Virus record (IMG/VR): IMGVR_UViG_3300024999_000131
Span: 1-55,287 of that record
DNA: 55,287 nucleotides
Source: a virus
Lineage: Duplodnaviria > Caudoviricetes
Reading direction: 5' to 3' (one strand)
The notes below the pieces were generated by a model. That model had not been told where the DNA came from, did not search any database, and worked only from the letters and a program-made list of their open reading frames with translations. Made by a program: the position numbers and the translations under genes. How positions within the stretch are numbered: the first letter of the stretch is position 1; every line of letters begins with the position of its first letter. Below, in pieces: positions 9,322-19,058 of the stretch.

Positions 9322-9507
9322 GAAGATAACAACAACTATTTGAAAGATTTCTAAATGCATCTTTTGAACTAAAAACAGAATTAATGGAAAAGCTTTTTCA
9401 AGATAGGGAACATATTTGAGTGATAAAGAGCAAGAATTTTCAGTTGCTTTAAGTGAATGGCACAAGATTATTTAAAGAACTATTTTAAGGGAGTAGGAGG
9501 GGAGACT

Positions 9508-9678
9508 ATGGACATTAAATTAGGAAGTAACGAAATAGCTTGTATTATTGATTGGTTTAAAGTTGCTCATTCAAAAGGAAAAGCAACACATTTTGAAGAA
9601 GACTTATGCGATAAACTTGAAGACTTTAGAATGTTTTTAATTAAAAATAATTCTATGTTCATCCATATTTGGTTGTGA
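9508..9678 (+). CDS. Hypothetical protein
   Basis: AGGAGG RBS before ATG 9508 (the ORF-track start lies upstream, across a repeat site). Confidence 0.55.
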   Translation: MDIKLGSNEIACIIDWFKVAHSKGKATHFEEDLCDKLEDFRMFLIKNNSMFIHIWL

Positions 9679-9700
9679 ATTTTAAGGAGGTAAAATACTT

Positions 9701-9946
9701 ATGGAAATAAATATTAATACAAACTTTGATGAATCGGACAGGGCGTTTATGCTTACTATTGATAATACATATACACCAGTTGAAATAATTCAGATACATT
9801 CTGTTGAGCATGATGTGAATGCTTATTGTGTTAGTATTTTTAAAGTAATCTACGAAGTAAAAACTCTAAACCCGTTCAGACGATATACGGTCTATGAAGA
9901 TAAACTTTATTCACTAGAAGATATGGAAAAATTATTGTTCAATTAA
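9701..9946 (+). CDS. Hypothetical protein
   Basis: AAGGAGG RBS. Confidence 0.65.
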   Translation: MEININTNFDESDRAFMLTIDNTYTPVEIIQIHSVEHDVNAYCVSIFKVIYEVKTLNPFRRYTVYEDKLYSLEDMEKLLFN

Positions 9947-9975
9947 AATTATGGATTTATGGGGTGGGAGGTAAG

Positions 9976-10386
9976 ATGTATAAAATTGCTATAGTTGGAA
10001 TATCAAATAAACCAGATTGTAGTCCATTAGATAATAGTACAAATACTGGTAAAATAATAAATAGAATAATTGATAATTTTCCTGGAGTAGAATTTTATAA
10101 AACAAACCTTGTTAACTTTGCTCCACTAAATGAATTAGGAAAATTGCGCTATCCAACTAAACAAGAAATTGAAGATAATATGGAGTATTTATTAAACGAG
10201 ATTAGTGATTGTAATTTAGTGATTTGTTTAGGAAGCAAGGTTACAAAATATTTAACTAATAAAGCAAGTAATATAATTAGTATTAAACATCCGTCTTACA
10301 TATGGGTTTATAAACGAAAAGAATTAGATAGTTATATAGATAAGGTTGTTAATATAATCACATTATTGATACAACAAGAAACATAA
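9976..10386 (+). CDS. Uracil-DNA glycosylase superfamily-like protein
   Basis: IAIVG...TGKII...YKTNLV...RYPTKQEI...VICLG...KHPSY follows the UDG-superfamily layout. Confidence 0.6.
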   Translation: MYKIAIVGISNKPDCSPLDNSTNTGKIINRIIDNFPGVEFYKTNLVNFAPLNELGKLRYPTKQEIEDNMEYLLNEISDCNLVICLGSKVTKYLTNKASNIISIKHPSYIWVYKRKELDSYIDKVVNIITLLIQQET

Positions 10387-10389
10387 TTA

Positions 10390-10593
10390 ATGGGAGTTGA
10401 GGTTTTGAGATATTTTGCGGTCACAGATAGAGGTTATATTAAAGGTGATATTCTACAAGAAATGATAGAGTTTGTGGAGAAAGAAAATGCATGGCAATTT
10501 ACCGTTGAAGAAGTTAATGCTCGGGGTAATACTATTTGTGAAATTATATTTGATTATTATAAATGTAACAAATTTTGGTTTGAGAAAGTATAA
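10390..10593 (+). CDS. Hypothetical protein
   Basis: ORF track. Confidence 0.5.
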   Translation: MGVEVLRYFAVTDRGYIKGDILQEMIEFVEKENAWQFTVEEVNARGNTICEIIFDYYKCNKFWFEKV

Positions 10594-10646
10594 TGCTTTA
10601 AAAAGAACATTTTAACCCAAATAAAATTTAAGAAAGAGGATAAGTA

Positions 10647-11192
10647 ATGGAAAATATTTTTAGATGTTCAATTTGTAAAAAAGAATTTAGTGGTTATGAC
10701 GCTGAAAAAGACTGTTTAAACGATGAAATTGAATGTAGAAACCTAAAACCAGAATTCCATAATACTGTTCAAGAGGCAATTAATATACTCACAAAAGATT
10801 ATGGTGTTGAATTTTTAGAAGAAAAACATAATGTAATGGCTGACTCTGATAATCATGGTATGGATTACAGTACTTATATGTATTTTAATGGTGAAGCAAA
10901 ATATAAAGATAATATATTTAAGTTTTATATCAGTAATGGTCAAATGAATGAAGGTTATGCTTTAGAATCTTCTAGTGGAATAGTGAATAGTTTTGTTTAT
11001 AAATATCTAAGAGAAAAAGAAATTGAATCAAATGAGATAATTGGGATTGTAGAAAGATATGAAAGTAATAGTATAAATGAAGAGGATGGTTATCACTATT
11101 ATAGAAGTGGTCATACAGTCGGGAATCAAGATATAAACGAATTAATGTATGATTTGGAAGGTAAGAAAATAAAAATTGAAGTATTAGAATAG
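10647..11192 (+). CDS. Hypothetical protein
   Basis: AGAGGA RBS; N-terminal CxxC. Confidence 0.7.
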   Translation: MENIFRCSICKKEFSGYDAEKDCLNDEIECRNLKPEFHNTVQEAINILTKDYGVEFLEEKHNVMADSDNHGMDYSTYMYFNGEAKYKDNIFKFYISNGQMNEGYALESSSGIVNSFVYKYLREKEIESNEIIGIVERYESNSINEEDGYHYYRSGHTVGNQDINELMYDLEGKKIKIEVLE

Positions 11193-11416
11193 ATTAAAAT
11201 AAAATTGCATGTTTATGTGATTGAAAGGTGGTGAGATAAAATGAACAGAGAACTATTTTATAAATCCGAGGGAGTTAGAGATTGTGTTAAATGGCTTGAA
11301 AAGGAAATTAAAGCAGGTAAATATCTAACTTCTGTTAATATAAAGATTGGTTTGGAGAAATATATGAGAAAATTAAAACATCAAGCAGAAGAAGAATAAA
11401 GGAGGAAAATTAAAAG

Positions 11417-12478
11417 TTGAATAGTACTATATTTTTACCTAAAACAATTAAAGTAGGTTATCAAGAACGCAAAGATACATATACAGGTCAATTAGCTTAT
11501 ATTATTTATTATGACCAAAAGAATAAATTAAGAAAGGAGACCTCTTGGAATAGTTGGCGTGATGATAAAATTGAACCACAAGAGTTTTCAAATGAACCAA
11601 CTTCAGGATTTGTCTTAAATAAGAAAGTAGGTGACTATTCAAACGGATGGGATCATCGAAAATCATATTGTAGAGTATTCGACCCTCGTAATTTTGAGTT
11701 TGAAATCACCATAGAAAATCTACTTTACATACTTGAAAATGCTAACTCTATCAAAGGCAAAGGACTAGAAGGCGATTTTGTTTATGGTTGGGATGGAAAA
11801 GACCTACTCTTAATGCCAGTTGATTCTCCTGATTACATTGAACTATCCAAATTAAATGATTTGAGACATGAGAAAAAGAAATTTGATGGTAAGAATTTAA
11901 TTTTAGGTGCAACATACAAATCCAATTCTAATAATGAATTGATTTATTTAGGTAGATTTTATGAAAGCAACAACGATAGCAAAGAAACAAAAACATATTT
12001 TTTCTACAATAGAAATGTAAGTTACGGAAAGATTAAATCTATAAAATCTTTGTCAGGTAATATTATTGATATAATAGATGAGAATTGCGTTGAAGACTAT
12101 TCTAATTTGATGGATGAATTATTAAAGAGTAGTAGTTATTCTGCCAGAGAGCCTAAATATGATACATATTTAGATTATACTTTAGAAGAGTTTAAAGAAA
12201 ATTTAAAAGAATATGCTTATTGGAGACATAAATATTTTACTCAAATAAACAATAAGTATATAAAATATCAAATAGAAAGATACAGTGATTACAGTTGGCG
12301 TTATAGTTACAACAAAGAACCAAAGAATTATACTTATGACGTTTATGCTATGAGTAAAGGGCATAGAGATGAGAAGATAATGGGATCAGCTTCTCCAGAC
12401 CAAATTTTTAATAAACTAAATCCTAAATATTTGGTAACTTATAATCAAAATAAAGAAATAATTAAGGAGTGGAAATAA
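11417..12478 (+). CDS. Hypothetical phage protein (353 aa)
   Basis: Long ORF, AAAGGAGG RBS. Confidence 0.8.
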   Translation: MNSTIFLPKTIKVGYQERKDTYTGQLAYIIYYDQKNKLRKETSWNSWRDDKIEPQEFSNEPTSGFVLNKKVGDYSNGWDHRKSYCRVFDPRNFEFEITIENLLYILENANSIKGKGLEGDFVYGWDGKDLLLMPVDSPDYIELSKLNDLRHEKKKFDGKNLILGATYKSNSNNELIYLGRFYESNNDSKETKTYFFYNRNVSYGKIKSIKSLSGNIIDIIDENCVEDYSNLMDELLKSSSYSAREPKYDTYLDYTLEEFKENLKEYAYWRHKYFTQINNKYIKYQIERYSDYSWRYSYNKEPKNYTYDVYAMSKGHRDEKIMGSASPDQIFNKLNPKYLVTYNQNKEIIKEWK

Positions 12479-12480
12479 AA

Positions 12481-12885
12481 ATGGCAAATGAAACAAATGA
12501 TCAAAAGATTATGGAACTGAAGAAACAAATAGAGGATAAAAAAGCAAAACTAATTAAATCTCAGAAGTTCACACCAATCACTAACTGTTCAATTGAGGTT
12601 GATGGTATTCGTTATAATCTTCAAGTCTTAAACAAAGAGCAATTAATTACTTTATTAGTTAAACTTAATTCATATAGAATTTCTGCGAAAGATTTAGAAG
12701 TAGAATATGTTATCAGTGGATTTAATGTTGTGGAATGGATTATTGATATTAAGTCAAAACTTGATTTTGTAAGCAGGAAAGAAGAAGAAAATAAACTTAA
12801 AGTTATGGAATCTAAATTACATCAATTACTTTCCAATGAGAAAAAAGTAGAACTTGAAATTGACGAAATTATGAAATCTTTGTAA
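12481..12885 (+). CDS. Coiled-coil hypothetical protein
   Basis: AAGGAG RBS inside the upstream gene end. Confidence 0.75.
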   Translation: MANETNDQKIMELKKQIEDKKAKLIKSQKFTPITNCSIEVDGIRYNLQVLNKEQLITLLVKLNSYRISAKDLEVEYVISGFNVVEWIIDIKSKLDFVSRKEEENKLKVMESKLHQLLSNEKKVELEIDEIMKSL

Positions 12886-12902
12886 TAATGTAAATTTAGA
12901 AA

Positions 12903-12932
12903 GTGGCCTCTAGCAAGGGTTTTAGAGGCCAC
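12903..12932 (+). other. Hairpin containing the GAAAGTGGC..TAGCAA.G.TTT motif
   Basis: GTGGCCTCTA-gcaagggttt-TAGAGGCCAC. Confidence 0.7.
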
Positions 12933-12976
12933 ACAAACCGATAAAAGATACATTTGTTTGGATTAGGAGGTGAAAA

Positions 12977-13168
12977 ATGTTCGGATATGATTATAGGATT
13001 AAAAGAGATGACCAAGGCAATAAAGTTTTAGATATTTCTATAAATTTAGAATACATTTCGAAATTTGATGATATTCAAATTGATGAGTTGGAATGTATTT
13101 TGAATGATTATAATCCAGTTGGATTATTAAGAGAAATTATAAAAAGTATTCACTGCCGAGATTACTAA
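12977..13168 (+). CDS. Hypothetical protein
   Basis: AGGAGGTG RBS. Confidence 0.65.
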   Translation: MFGYDYRIKRDDQGNKVLDISINLEYISKFDDIQIDELECILNDYNPVGLLREIIKSIHCRDY

Positions 13169-13190
13169 AATATGATAAAAGGAGAATCGA

Positions 13191-13502
13191 ATGAAAGAAT
13201 TTAATGATTTCTTACTAAAGTTTAAAATTACCAACGACAAACTCAAAATGGAAATAAGTCTTAAAGATTTAGTGTGGTTGTTTCATAATAGTCCTGAAAA
13301 TATAGGTGAAGACGGTGACAGTCCATTTGCAAAAGTAAAACGTGGAAAAAGACAAGATTTCGCAGAATACTTTGTAAAGATACTTATGGAAGACGCTCCA
13401 TACGAAAGAGATTGCTTTAGATGGGGAGAGCCATTTGAAGATGTATTTAGAGAAATTACTGAGAGTGGAGTAGATTTTTGTAAATATGAGGATGAAGACT
13501 AA
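13191..13502 (+). CDS. Hypothetical protein
   Basis: AAAGGAG RBS. Confidence 0.7.
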   Translation: MKEFNDFLLKFKITNDKLKMEISLKDLVWLFHNSPENIGEDGDSPFAKVKRGKRQDFAEYFVKILMEDAPYERDCFRWGEPFEDVFREITESGVDFCKYEDED

Positions 13503-13605
13503 AATTTATCTTCCGAATGCTCACGAATGCTCTTGTTTACTACGTTTCTTAAACACAAAATCCACATAAAATGAATATTTATTGTATTTGGAAAGGAGAA
13601 TTAAT

Positions 13606-13827
13606 TTGAAAGAATTAAATGGTTTTGTTGATGTATTTCATATCTTAGGTAATCTTCAATCCACAGAATTTATTGATAATAATGGTGATATGGGAGTTAC
13701 AGATCCGACTTTAGCTAAAAGATTTGATTCATATAGAGAAGCATCAGATTATTACCAAACCAATAAAGATAATTATTATGACAATTTATATCCACAAGGA
13801 GTTAGGATTACTGTTGAACTGGTTTGA
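13606..13827 (+). CDS. Hypothetical protein, paralog of 14128..14367
   Basis: AAAGGAG RBS, TTG start; AKRFDSYREA..YY...VRITVELV. Confidence 0.65.
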   Translation: MKELNGFVDVFHILGNLQSTEFIDNNGDMGVTDPTLAKRFDSYREASDYYQTNKDNYYDNLYPQGVRITVELV

Positions 13828-14032
13828 AATCTGACTTTCAAAGAATTAAGAAAGGATAAGAAAAATGGGATTTGATTTATATTCGGCAAAAGAAATAATT
13901 ATTAAACCAAATAAAGATAATGTTACATTTAATGTGCATGTAAAATTTGATGGAGAAATAGAGTTTATTTATCCAAGAGTATATATTAATAAGTTTGATG
14001 TAGATATTCTTACTGAAAACTAAAAATATACT

Positions 14033-14061
14033 TTGACTTTAACTAAAAATAAGTGTATAAT
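14033..14061 (+). promoter_or_regulatory. SigA-type promoter
   Basis: TTGACT-17 nt-TATAAT with upstream A-tract. Confidence 0.7.
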
Positions 14062-14127
14062 ATCAATAAAACAAGAAATAATAAATCCCAACAATACATC
14101 TTAAACAATCAGAAAGGGGATTTTATT

Positions 14128-14367
14128 ATGGAAACAGTTCAAAGTATACCAAACGGTTACATCAAATACTTCTATGTTTTAGGAAGTAAAACAGGTGATG
14201 GATTTATGAATCACAACATTAAAAGCAACAAACTTGTTACAGATCTATTAAGGGCTAAGAAATTTGACACGGTTAAAGAAGCACTTGAATATTATAAAAA
14301 AGTGAAATGTAATTATCTAGAAGAATTGATTTCACATCGTGTTAGAGTTATTGTTGAGTTGATTTAA
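14128..14367 (+). CDS. Hypothetical protein, paralog of 13606..13827
   Basis: AAGGGGA RBS; AKKFDTVKEA..YY...VRVIVELI. Confidence 0.65.
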   Translation: METVQSIPNGYIKYFYVLGSKTGDGFMNHNIKSNKLVTDLLRAKKFDTVKEALEYYKKVKCNYLEELISHRVRVIVELI

Positions 14368-14376
14368 ATTTGAAGA

Positions 14377-14418
14377 TATGGTGCAATATAAGTTAGAAAT
14401 AATAAATATTGCACCATA
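14377..14418. other. Inverted repeat / hairpin
   Basis: TATGGTGCAATAT ... ATATTGCACCATA, 13-bp perfect stem. Confidence 0.65.
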
Positions 14419-14439
14419 AAATTAGAAGGGAGGAAAAGT

Positions 14440-14487
14440 ATGAGAATAATTATTGCAGGCGGAAGAGATTTTAGTGCTTGTGGTTAA
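14440..14487 (+). pseudogene. N-terminal remnant of a YspA/DUF2493 (SLOG-fold) protein
   Basis: GGGAGG RBS then MRIIIAGGRDF(SACG*), the characteristic N-terminus of this family. Confidence 0.6.
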
Positions 14488-14551
14488 TTGTTAACACATG
14501 AAAGCTAATTTTCATCGTACTAAAATAATAAATGAAAGATAGGAGGAACAT

Positions 14552-15713
14552 ATGCTAACGTCATGTAAAGAAAATCAATATCTCGTATTTTATTTTGATG
14601 ATGGGAAAAATGTAAAATATAATTTATCAACAGGAGAAACGATTGGTAAACTAGGTAAGCCTGTAAAAGATATCTGTACTCAACTTAGAGGTAATGATTT
14701 ATTGCAAGTTATAAAATCATTTCAAGACCAAAACTACAGTAATTTCTTAACCTTTTTAGACAAAAACTTTATCAATAAATCACACGCTAAAAAACGGTGG
14801 AGCAGTTATACCACTAGAGTAGATCGGATTACAAATATAGGCAGTTTTCTTTCGAAAATTGATAATTATAAATATCTTGAACAATATTTTGCATGTGGAA
14901 TTGAAAAACTTGATCCTACAATAAAATATAAAATAACTGAAATTCCAAAAAATTTAATTAAATTATGTAAAACATATAGTATTAAATTAACTAATGGTTT
15001 AATCGAATCATACAAACAAAAACCAGATTTATTTTCTAATTTATTAAATTATGAATTTACATCAATTAGTAGAAATAATATACAAGACATATTATTTCTA
15101 AATAAATATGGTAAAGACAAATTTGATCAGTTAATTAATAATTATAACTACAAACCAACATCATTATTACAATACATAGATAAATAACTTAATGACATAT
15201 GAGGCATTGGATAACTTTCATTCCGTAGTTGGTGAGTTATTAGATTATTGCAATATGATGAGTAGAATTAGTCCAAAATATGAGAAGTATCCAAAAAATT
15301 TCTTAACAACTCACAAAATTGCTACACGAAATTATAACCGTTTGAAGGAGGTATTTATAGAAGAAGACTTTAAAAAAGTTATTGATTTAAAATTAGAGCA
15401 TACATATGATGATTATAAAATTGTTTACCCTAAGACTACACAAGATATTAAAGATGAAGCTGTACAACAGAATCATTGCGTAGCAAGTTATATACAAAAT
15501 GTTATTGATGGAAAAACGCATATTTTATTCTTGAGGAATAAAGAAAATATTGAAAGGAGTTTAGTAACATTAGAAATAAGAAATTATAAAGTTGTTCAGG
15601 CTAAAGGAAAATTTAATAGAGATGTGACTAAAGAGGAACAAGTTGTAATTAATAGGTATAATGAGAGGTTAAATAAAATTTATAATAAAAGGAAAGAGGA
15701 AATAGCATGTTAA
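14552..15713 (+). pseudogene. PcfJ-like domain protein split by a frameshift
   Basis: C-half has DEAVQQNHCVASY...ILFLR...SLVTLEI...VQAKGKFNR; removing the duplicated ATAA at ~15180-15187 fuses the two ORFs (YIDNLMTYE). Confidence 0.7.
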
Positions 15714-16417
15714 ATAAAAATTATATTGGGAGTAAAGTTAAGATAATTAATTTTAATAATTGGGTAGGTAAAAAAGAATATGCATATAAGGAAAATTATA
15801 TTGGAAAAATAGGAATAATTAAATCTGATTGGGGAAGTGGCAATAGGTTTAGTCTAAAATATGATGATCTAAATCTTCAAGAAATAGATAATGAAAATGG
15901 TAATTTGCTTTTTAGGCGTGAGAATTTAGAATTCTTATCTAATGAAAAAGAAGAAATCAAAGAAGAGAAAGAAGGAAATAAAATGAGTGTAAATATTAAT
16001 AAGATTGAAGTAGGTATGAAGGTAAAACAAATTAAGGAATTGCCGGGATTTGATTATATTGGTACAGAATTTAAAGTTACAGAAATTAAAGATTCAGTTG
16101 TAATGTGTGCAAATAGAATGATGGGGCTAGGAATATCGCAAGCTGAGTTTTTTAATTATTTCGAAGTAGAAGTTGAAAAAGAAAAATTTGAGTTTATAAC
16201 TATTGAAATTAAAGATGGTATTAAGATCACTAGAAAAGGTAAATTGACGCTTGTGGAACTTCCTGATGGTTCTCGTGGAGCATCTAAGTGTTTGCCTACA
16301 GATACATATGATAGGCAAAGAGGATATGATATTGCGTTTCTAAAAGCGGATATTAGAGCAGATGAAAAAGTTATGAAATTGAAGTTGCAGAAGTTAGCGG
16401 AGTTGAGAAAATACTAG
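15707..16417 (+). CDS. Hypothetical protein (possible two-domain fusion)
   Basis: ORF overlapping the upstream stop; internal RBS+ATG at 15983. Confidence 0.7.
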   Translation: MLNKNYIGSKVKIINFNNWVGKKEYAYKENYIGKIGIIKSDWGSGNRFSLKYDDLNLQEIDNENGNLLFRRENLEFLSNEKEEIKEEKEGNKMSVNINKIEVGMKVKQIKELPGFDYIGTEFKVTEIKDSVVMCANRMMGLGISQAEFFNYFEVEVEKEKFEFITIEIKDGIKITRKGKLTLVELPDGSRGASKCLPTDTYDRQRGYDIAFLKADIRADEKVMKLKLQKLAELRKY

Positions 16418-16432
16418 GTAAAAAATAATAAA

Positions 16433-16477
16433 TGTGTTTTCTGAAAGTGGCTTGTAGCAATGCTTTCAGAAAACACA
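16433..16477. other. Long hairpin with a loop motif shared with 12900
   Basis: TGTGTTTTCTGAAAG-tggcttgtagcaatg-CTTTCAGAAAACACA. Confidence 0.7.
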
Positions 16478-16530
16478 ATATAACATCAAACGAATCGTTT
16501 ATTGGATTATAAAAGGAGTAAAATAATTAA

Positions 16531-16785
16531 ATGAAAATAGATGAAATGATTAAACTTCTTGATAAAGAAGAAAAATCTCTTCTTGAAGAAATCAGTGAAA
16601 GAGAAACAAGACTTAATGAAATTCAAATAACTAAAAGTGAATTATTAAGATTTAAACAGCAATTAAAGTTAAAATGCGACAAATGTAATGGTACTGGTAA
16701 GGTATTTAGAAGGTCTTGTGCAGAAGATGATGGAGATTATTATAATTGTGAAAAATGTAATGGAAAAGGAATATTAATACCATAA
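16531..16785 (+). CDS. Small protein with DnaJ-type CxxCxGxG Zn motifs
   Basis: CDKCNGTG...CEKCNGKG. Confidence 0.7.
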   Translation: MKIDEMIKLLDKEEKSLLEEISERETRLNEIQITKSELLRFKQQLKLKCDKCNGTGKVFRRSCAEDDGDYYNCEKCNGKGILIP

Positions 16786-16827
16786 ACTTAACCTTTCAAC
16801 CCAAATAATAATTAGGAGGATAAGATA

Positions 16828-17187
16828 ATGAAACAAAAATACACGTTAGTAAAGAGAGAACCAGTTAAGGAAAAGACTTTTAGGGTAATAATTGTAGCAG
16901 ATTCAAATGATGCTGATTATATTACAGAAGATGCAATATATACAGAACAGGAATTTAATGATTCTGTCAATATTTTAATAGACTTAATTAAAAATCATAG
17001 TGGCAGACATGAATTTGAAAATTTTCGAAATGAAACTGAAGAAGGTTATATAGAGATACCTTACTGCGAATGGGGAAGTTGCCACTCCTTAGAAAGTATT
17101 GAAATTACTTGTGAAGATGTTGACGGAATTATTTACAACGTTGAATTAATAGATGATGAAGGAAAATTGATTCCCTCGAAAAACTGA
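16828..17187 (+). CDS. Hypothetical protein
   Basis: AGGAGGA RBS. Confidence 0.7.
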   Translation: MKQKYTLVKREPVKEKTFRVIIVADSNDADYITEDAIYTEQEFNDSVNILIDLIKNHSGRHEFENFRNETEEGYIEIPYCEWGSCHSLESIEITCEDVDGIIYNVELIDDEGKLIPSKN

Positions 17188-17212
17188 ATTTAAGCTATGG
17201 AAAGGAGAAAAT

Positions 17213-17542
17213 ATGAAGATTATATTTTTCGGAAGCACAAAACAATCTGCATTTGACGAATTAGAACATCGTATCAAAACACAAATTAACAAAGGAGATA
17301 TAAAGATAATTCAAAAATCCATGTATGATTACATAGTATGTTTAAATAATGGAGATTCACTAAGAGCAATGAGAGGAACAGAAACTATTCGTGGATATAA
17401 ATGTGATAAAGCAATTGTAGACTCAAAAGTAGATGAGGATATCATTCAATATATTCGATATTCATGTTTATGTTGCTCTTCAGAGTTACCAGAAGAAGAC
17501 AGATTTATACGATATCCATTTGGGATTGGATATACCCTATAG
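17213..17542 (+). CDS. Hypothetical protein
   Basis: AAAGGAG RBS. Confidence 0.7.
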   Translation: MKIIFFGSTKQSAFDELEHRIKTQINKGDIKIIQKSMYDYIVCLNNGDSLRAMRGTETIRGYKCDKAIVDSKVDEDIIQYIRYSCLCCSSELPEEDRFIRYPFGIGYTL

Positions 17543-17587
17543 AAAAAGAATTTGATCCTATAATTTAAAGAAAGAAGGAATATAATA

Positions 17588-17887
17588 ATGCCACATTATA
17601 AAAAGAAACCAGTGATTATTGAGGCAGTTCAATGGGTGGGAGACAACGCAACAGAAATAATGTTGTTTGTTGGTAAAAAATTGAAAGTGTCTAGACCTCC
17701 TTATGGTATGGAACTAGATAAAGATATTCCAAAAGAAGCATACACGATTATTATTCCAACATTAGAAGGAGACATGAAAGCTTCTAAAGGAGATTTTATT
17801 ATCAAAGGTGTAAATGGAGAATTTTATCCTTGTAAACCTAATATTTTTGAAAAGACATATGAATTGGTTGAGAGTTATTTTAATTAG
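17588..17887 (+). CDS. Widespread phage protein (KKPVxIEA...TLEG...GDxIIxGVxGExYPCKPxIFxxTY family)
   Basis: Family motif recognised; paralog at 26398. Confidence 0.75.
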   Translation: MPHYKKKPVIIEAVQWVGDNATEIMLFVGKKLKVSRPPYGMELDKDIPKEAYTIIIPTLEGDMKASKGDFIIKGVNGEFYPCKPNIFEKTYELVESYFN

Positions 17888-18127
17888 TATAAAAATACAG
17901 TTTCAAGTGATAGAGAAAGGAAATAAATAAATGAAGTGTAATACATGTATCCATGAGTGGACATATTCTGCTGATTGGACTTCTCCTTATGGAGAATGGG
18001 CTTGTATGAAAACAGAAAATGATTTATATGGAACTAGGTCAGAAGACGTAGAAAATTGTGAACATTACATAGAAAAATAATAATCCTATAATACCACTGA
18101 TTTATTGTATTATGAAAGGAGAAAATA

Positions 18128-18319
18128 ATGTTTCCTCTTAAATTAGAAAGTGAAAGCTATTATGCTGGGATGGGAGAATATGAAACAAGAAGTGTTATAA
18201 GTTTTCAAAGTGGACAAAGAATTGCTCATGTAGATTATTTGAATTGGGAAAACATCTATAAGATTAATAATTATGTTAAGAGTTTGGAAGATGAGATATT
18301 AAGATTAAAGAACATTTAA
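18128..18319 (+). CDS. Hypothetical protein
   Basis: AAAGGAG RBS. Confidence 0.65.
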   Translation: MFPLKLESESYYAGMGEYETRSVISFQSGQRIAHVDYLNWENIYKINNYVKSLEDEILRLKNI

Positions 18320-18352
18320 AAATGCTATTTGAAAGGACGGGAGTATTATAAT

Positions 18353-18604
18353 ATGTCTTTAGATAAATATGTTTCTAAATTAAAATCTAGATTACATCCT
18401 CTACAACTAAAACGTATAGACATAGAATCATCTTACAGGGAGCAAAGAAAGAAATTGGAAACTGATTTCAAAGAACAAATACAAGCTATTCAAGATGTGT
18501 GTACACATCGTTGGGAAGATGGAAAGAGTGCTTTAGATTCCACTTCTCCACCATTCTGCGATACATATTGTCAGATATGCAATAAATTTGATTTTAGTGG
18601 TTAA
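18353..18604 (+). CDS. Hypothetical protein
   Basis: GGGAG RBS; C-terminal CxHxW..CxxC. Confidence 0.6.
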   Translation: MSLDKYVSKLKSRLHPLQLKRIDIESSYREQRKKLETDFKEQIQAIQDVCTHRWEDGKSALDSTSPPFCDTYCQICNKFDFSG

Positions 18605-18978
18605 GCACACGAAACACAATATTTAAGGGTTAGGAGGAAAATAAAATTGATTGTAAAAGCACTTATTGAAATTAACGGGGATAATTTGGAAGGAATTGAT
18701 TCAGAAGATGCTACTTATATTTTAGAAACAATTCTTCATGATGGATGTGAGGTATGTCAGTTAGACGGAAGCATTGAAGTATTAGAATTTATAAATCTAT
18801 AGATTGAATTCCAAATTTGCAAGTATTTTAGAAAGGAGATAAGTCAAATGTGTAAATATGGGACTTCTGAACATCATTGTGTTATCACAAAAGGAAAGTG
18901 TGATCAAAAGTCTGATGAAGAATGTATAGTATATATTTCTTACGAAGAAATGATTAGAGAATAGTTGGAAAATAAAGT

Positions 18979-19007
18979 TTGACTTCTTAGTATAAACATA
19001 ATATAAT
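18979..19007 (+). promoter_or_regulatory. SigA-type promoter
   Basis: TTGACT-17 nt-TATAAT, A-tract UP element. Confidence 0.7.
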
Positions 19008-19058
19008 AAATGTATACATAGGAGACATGAAAGATTTCTTTTATAGGAGGTGAGAATT

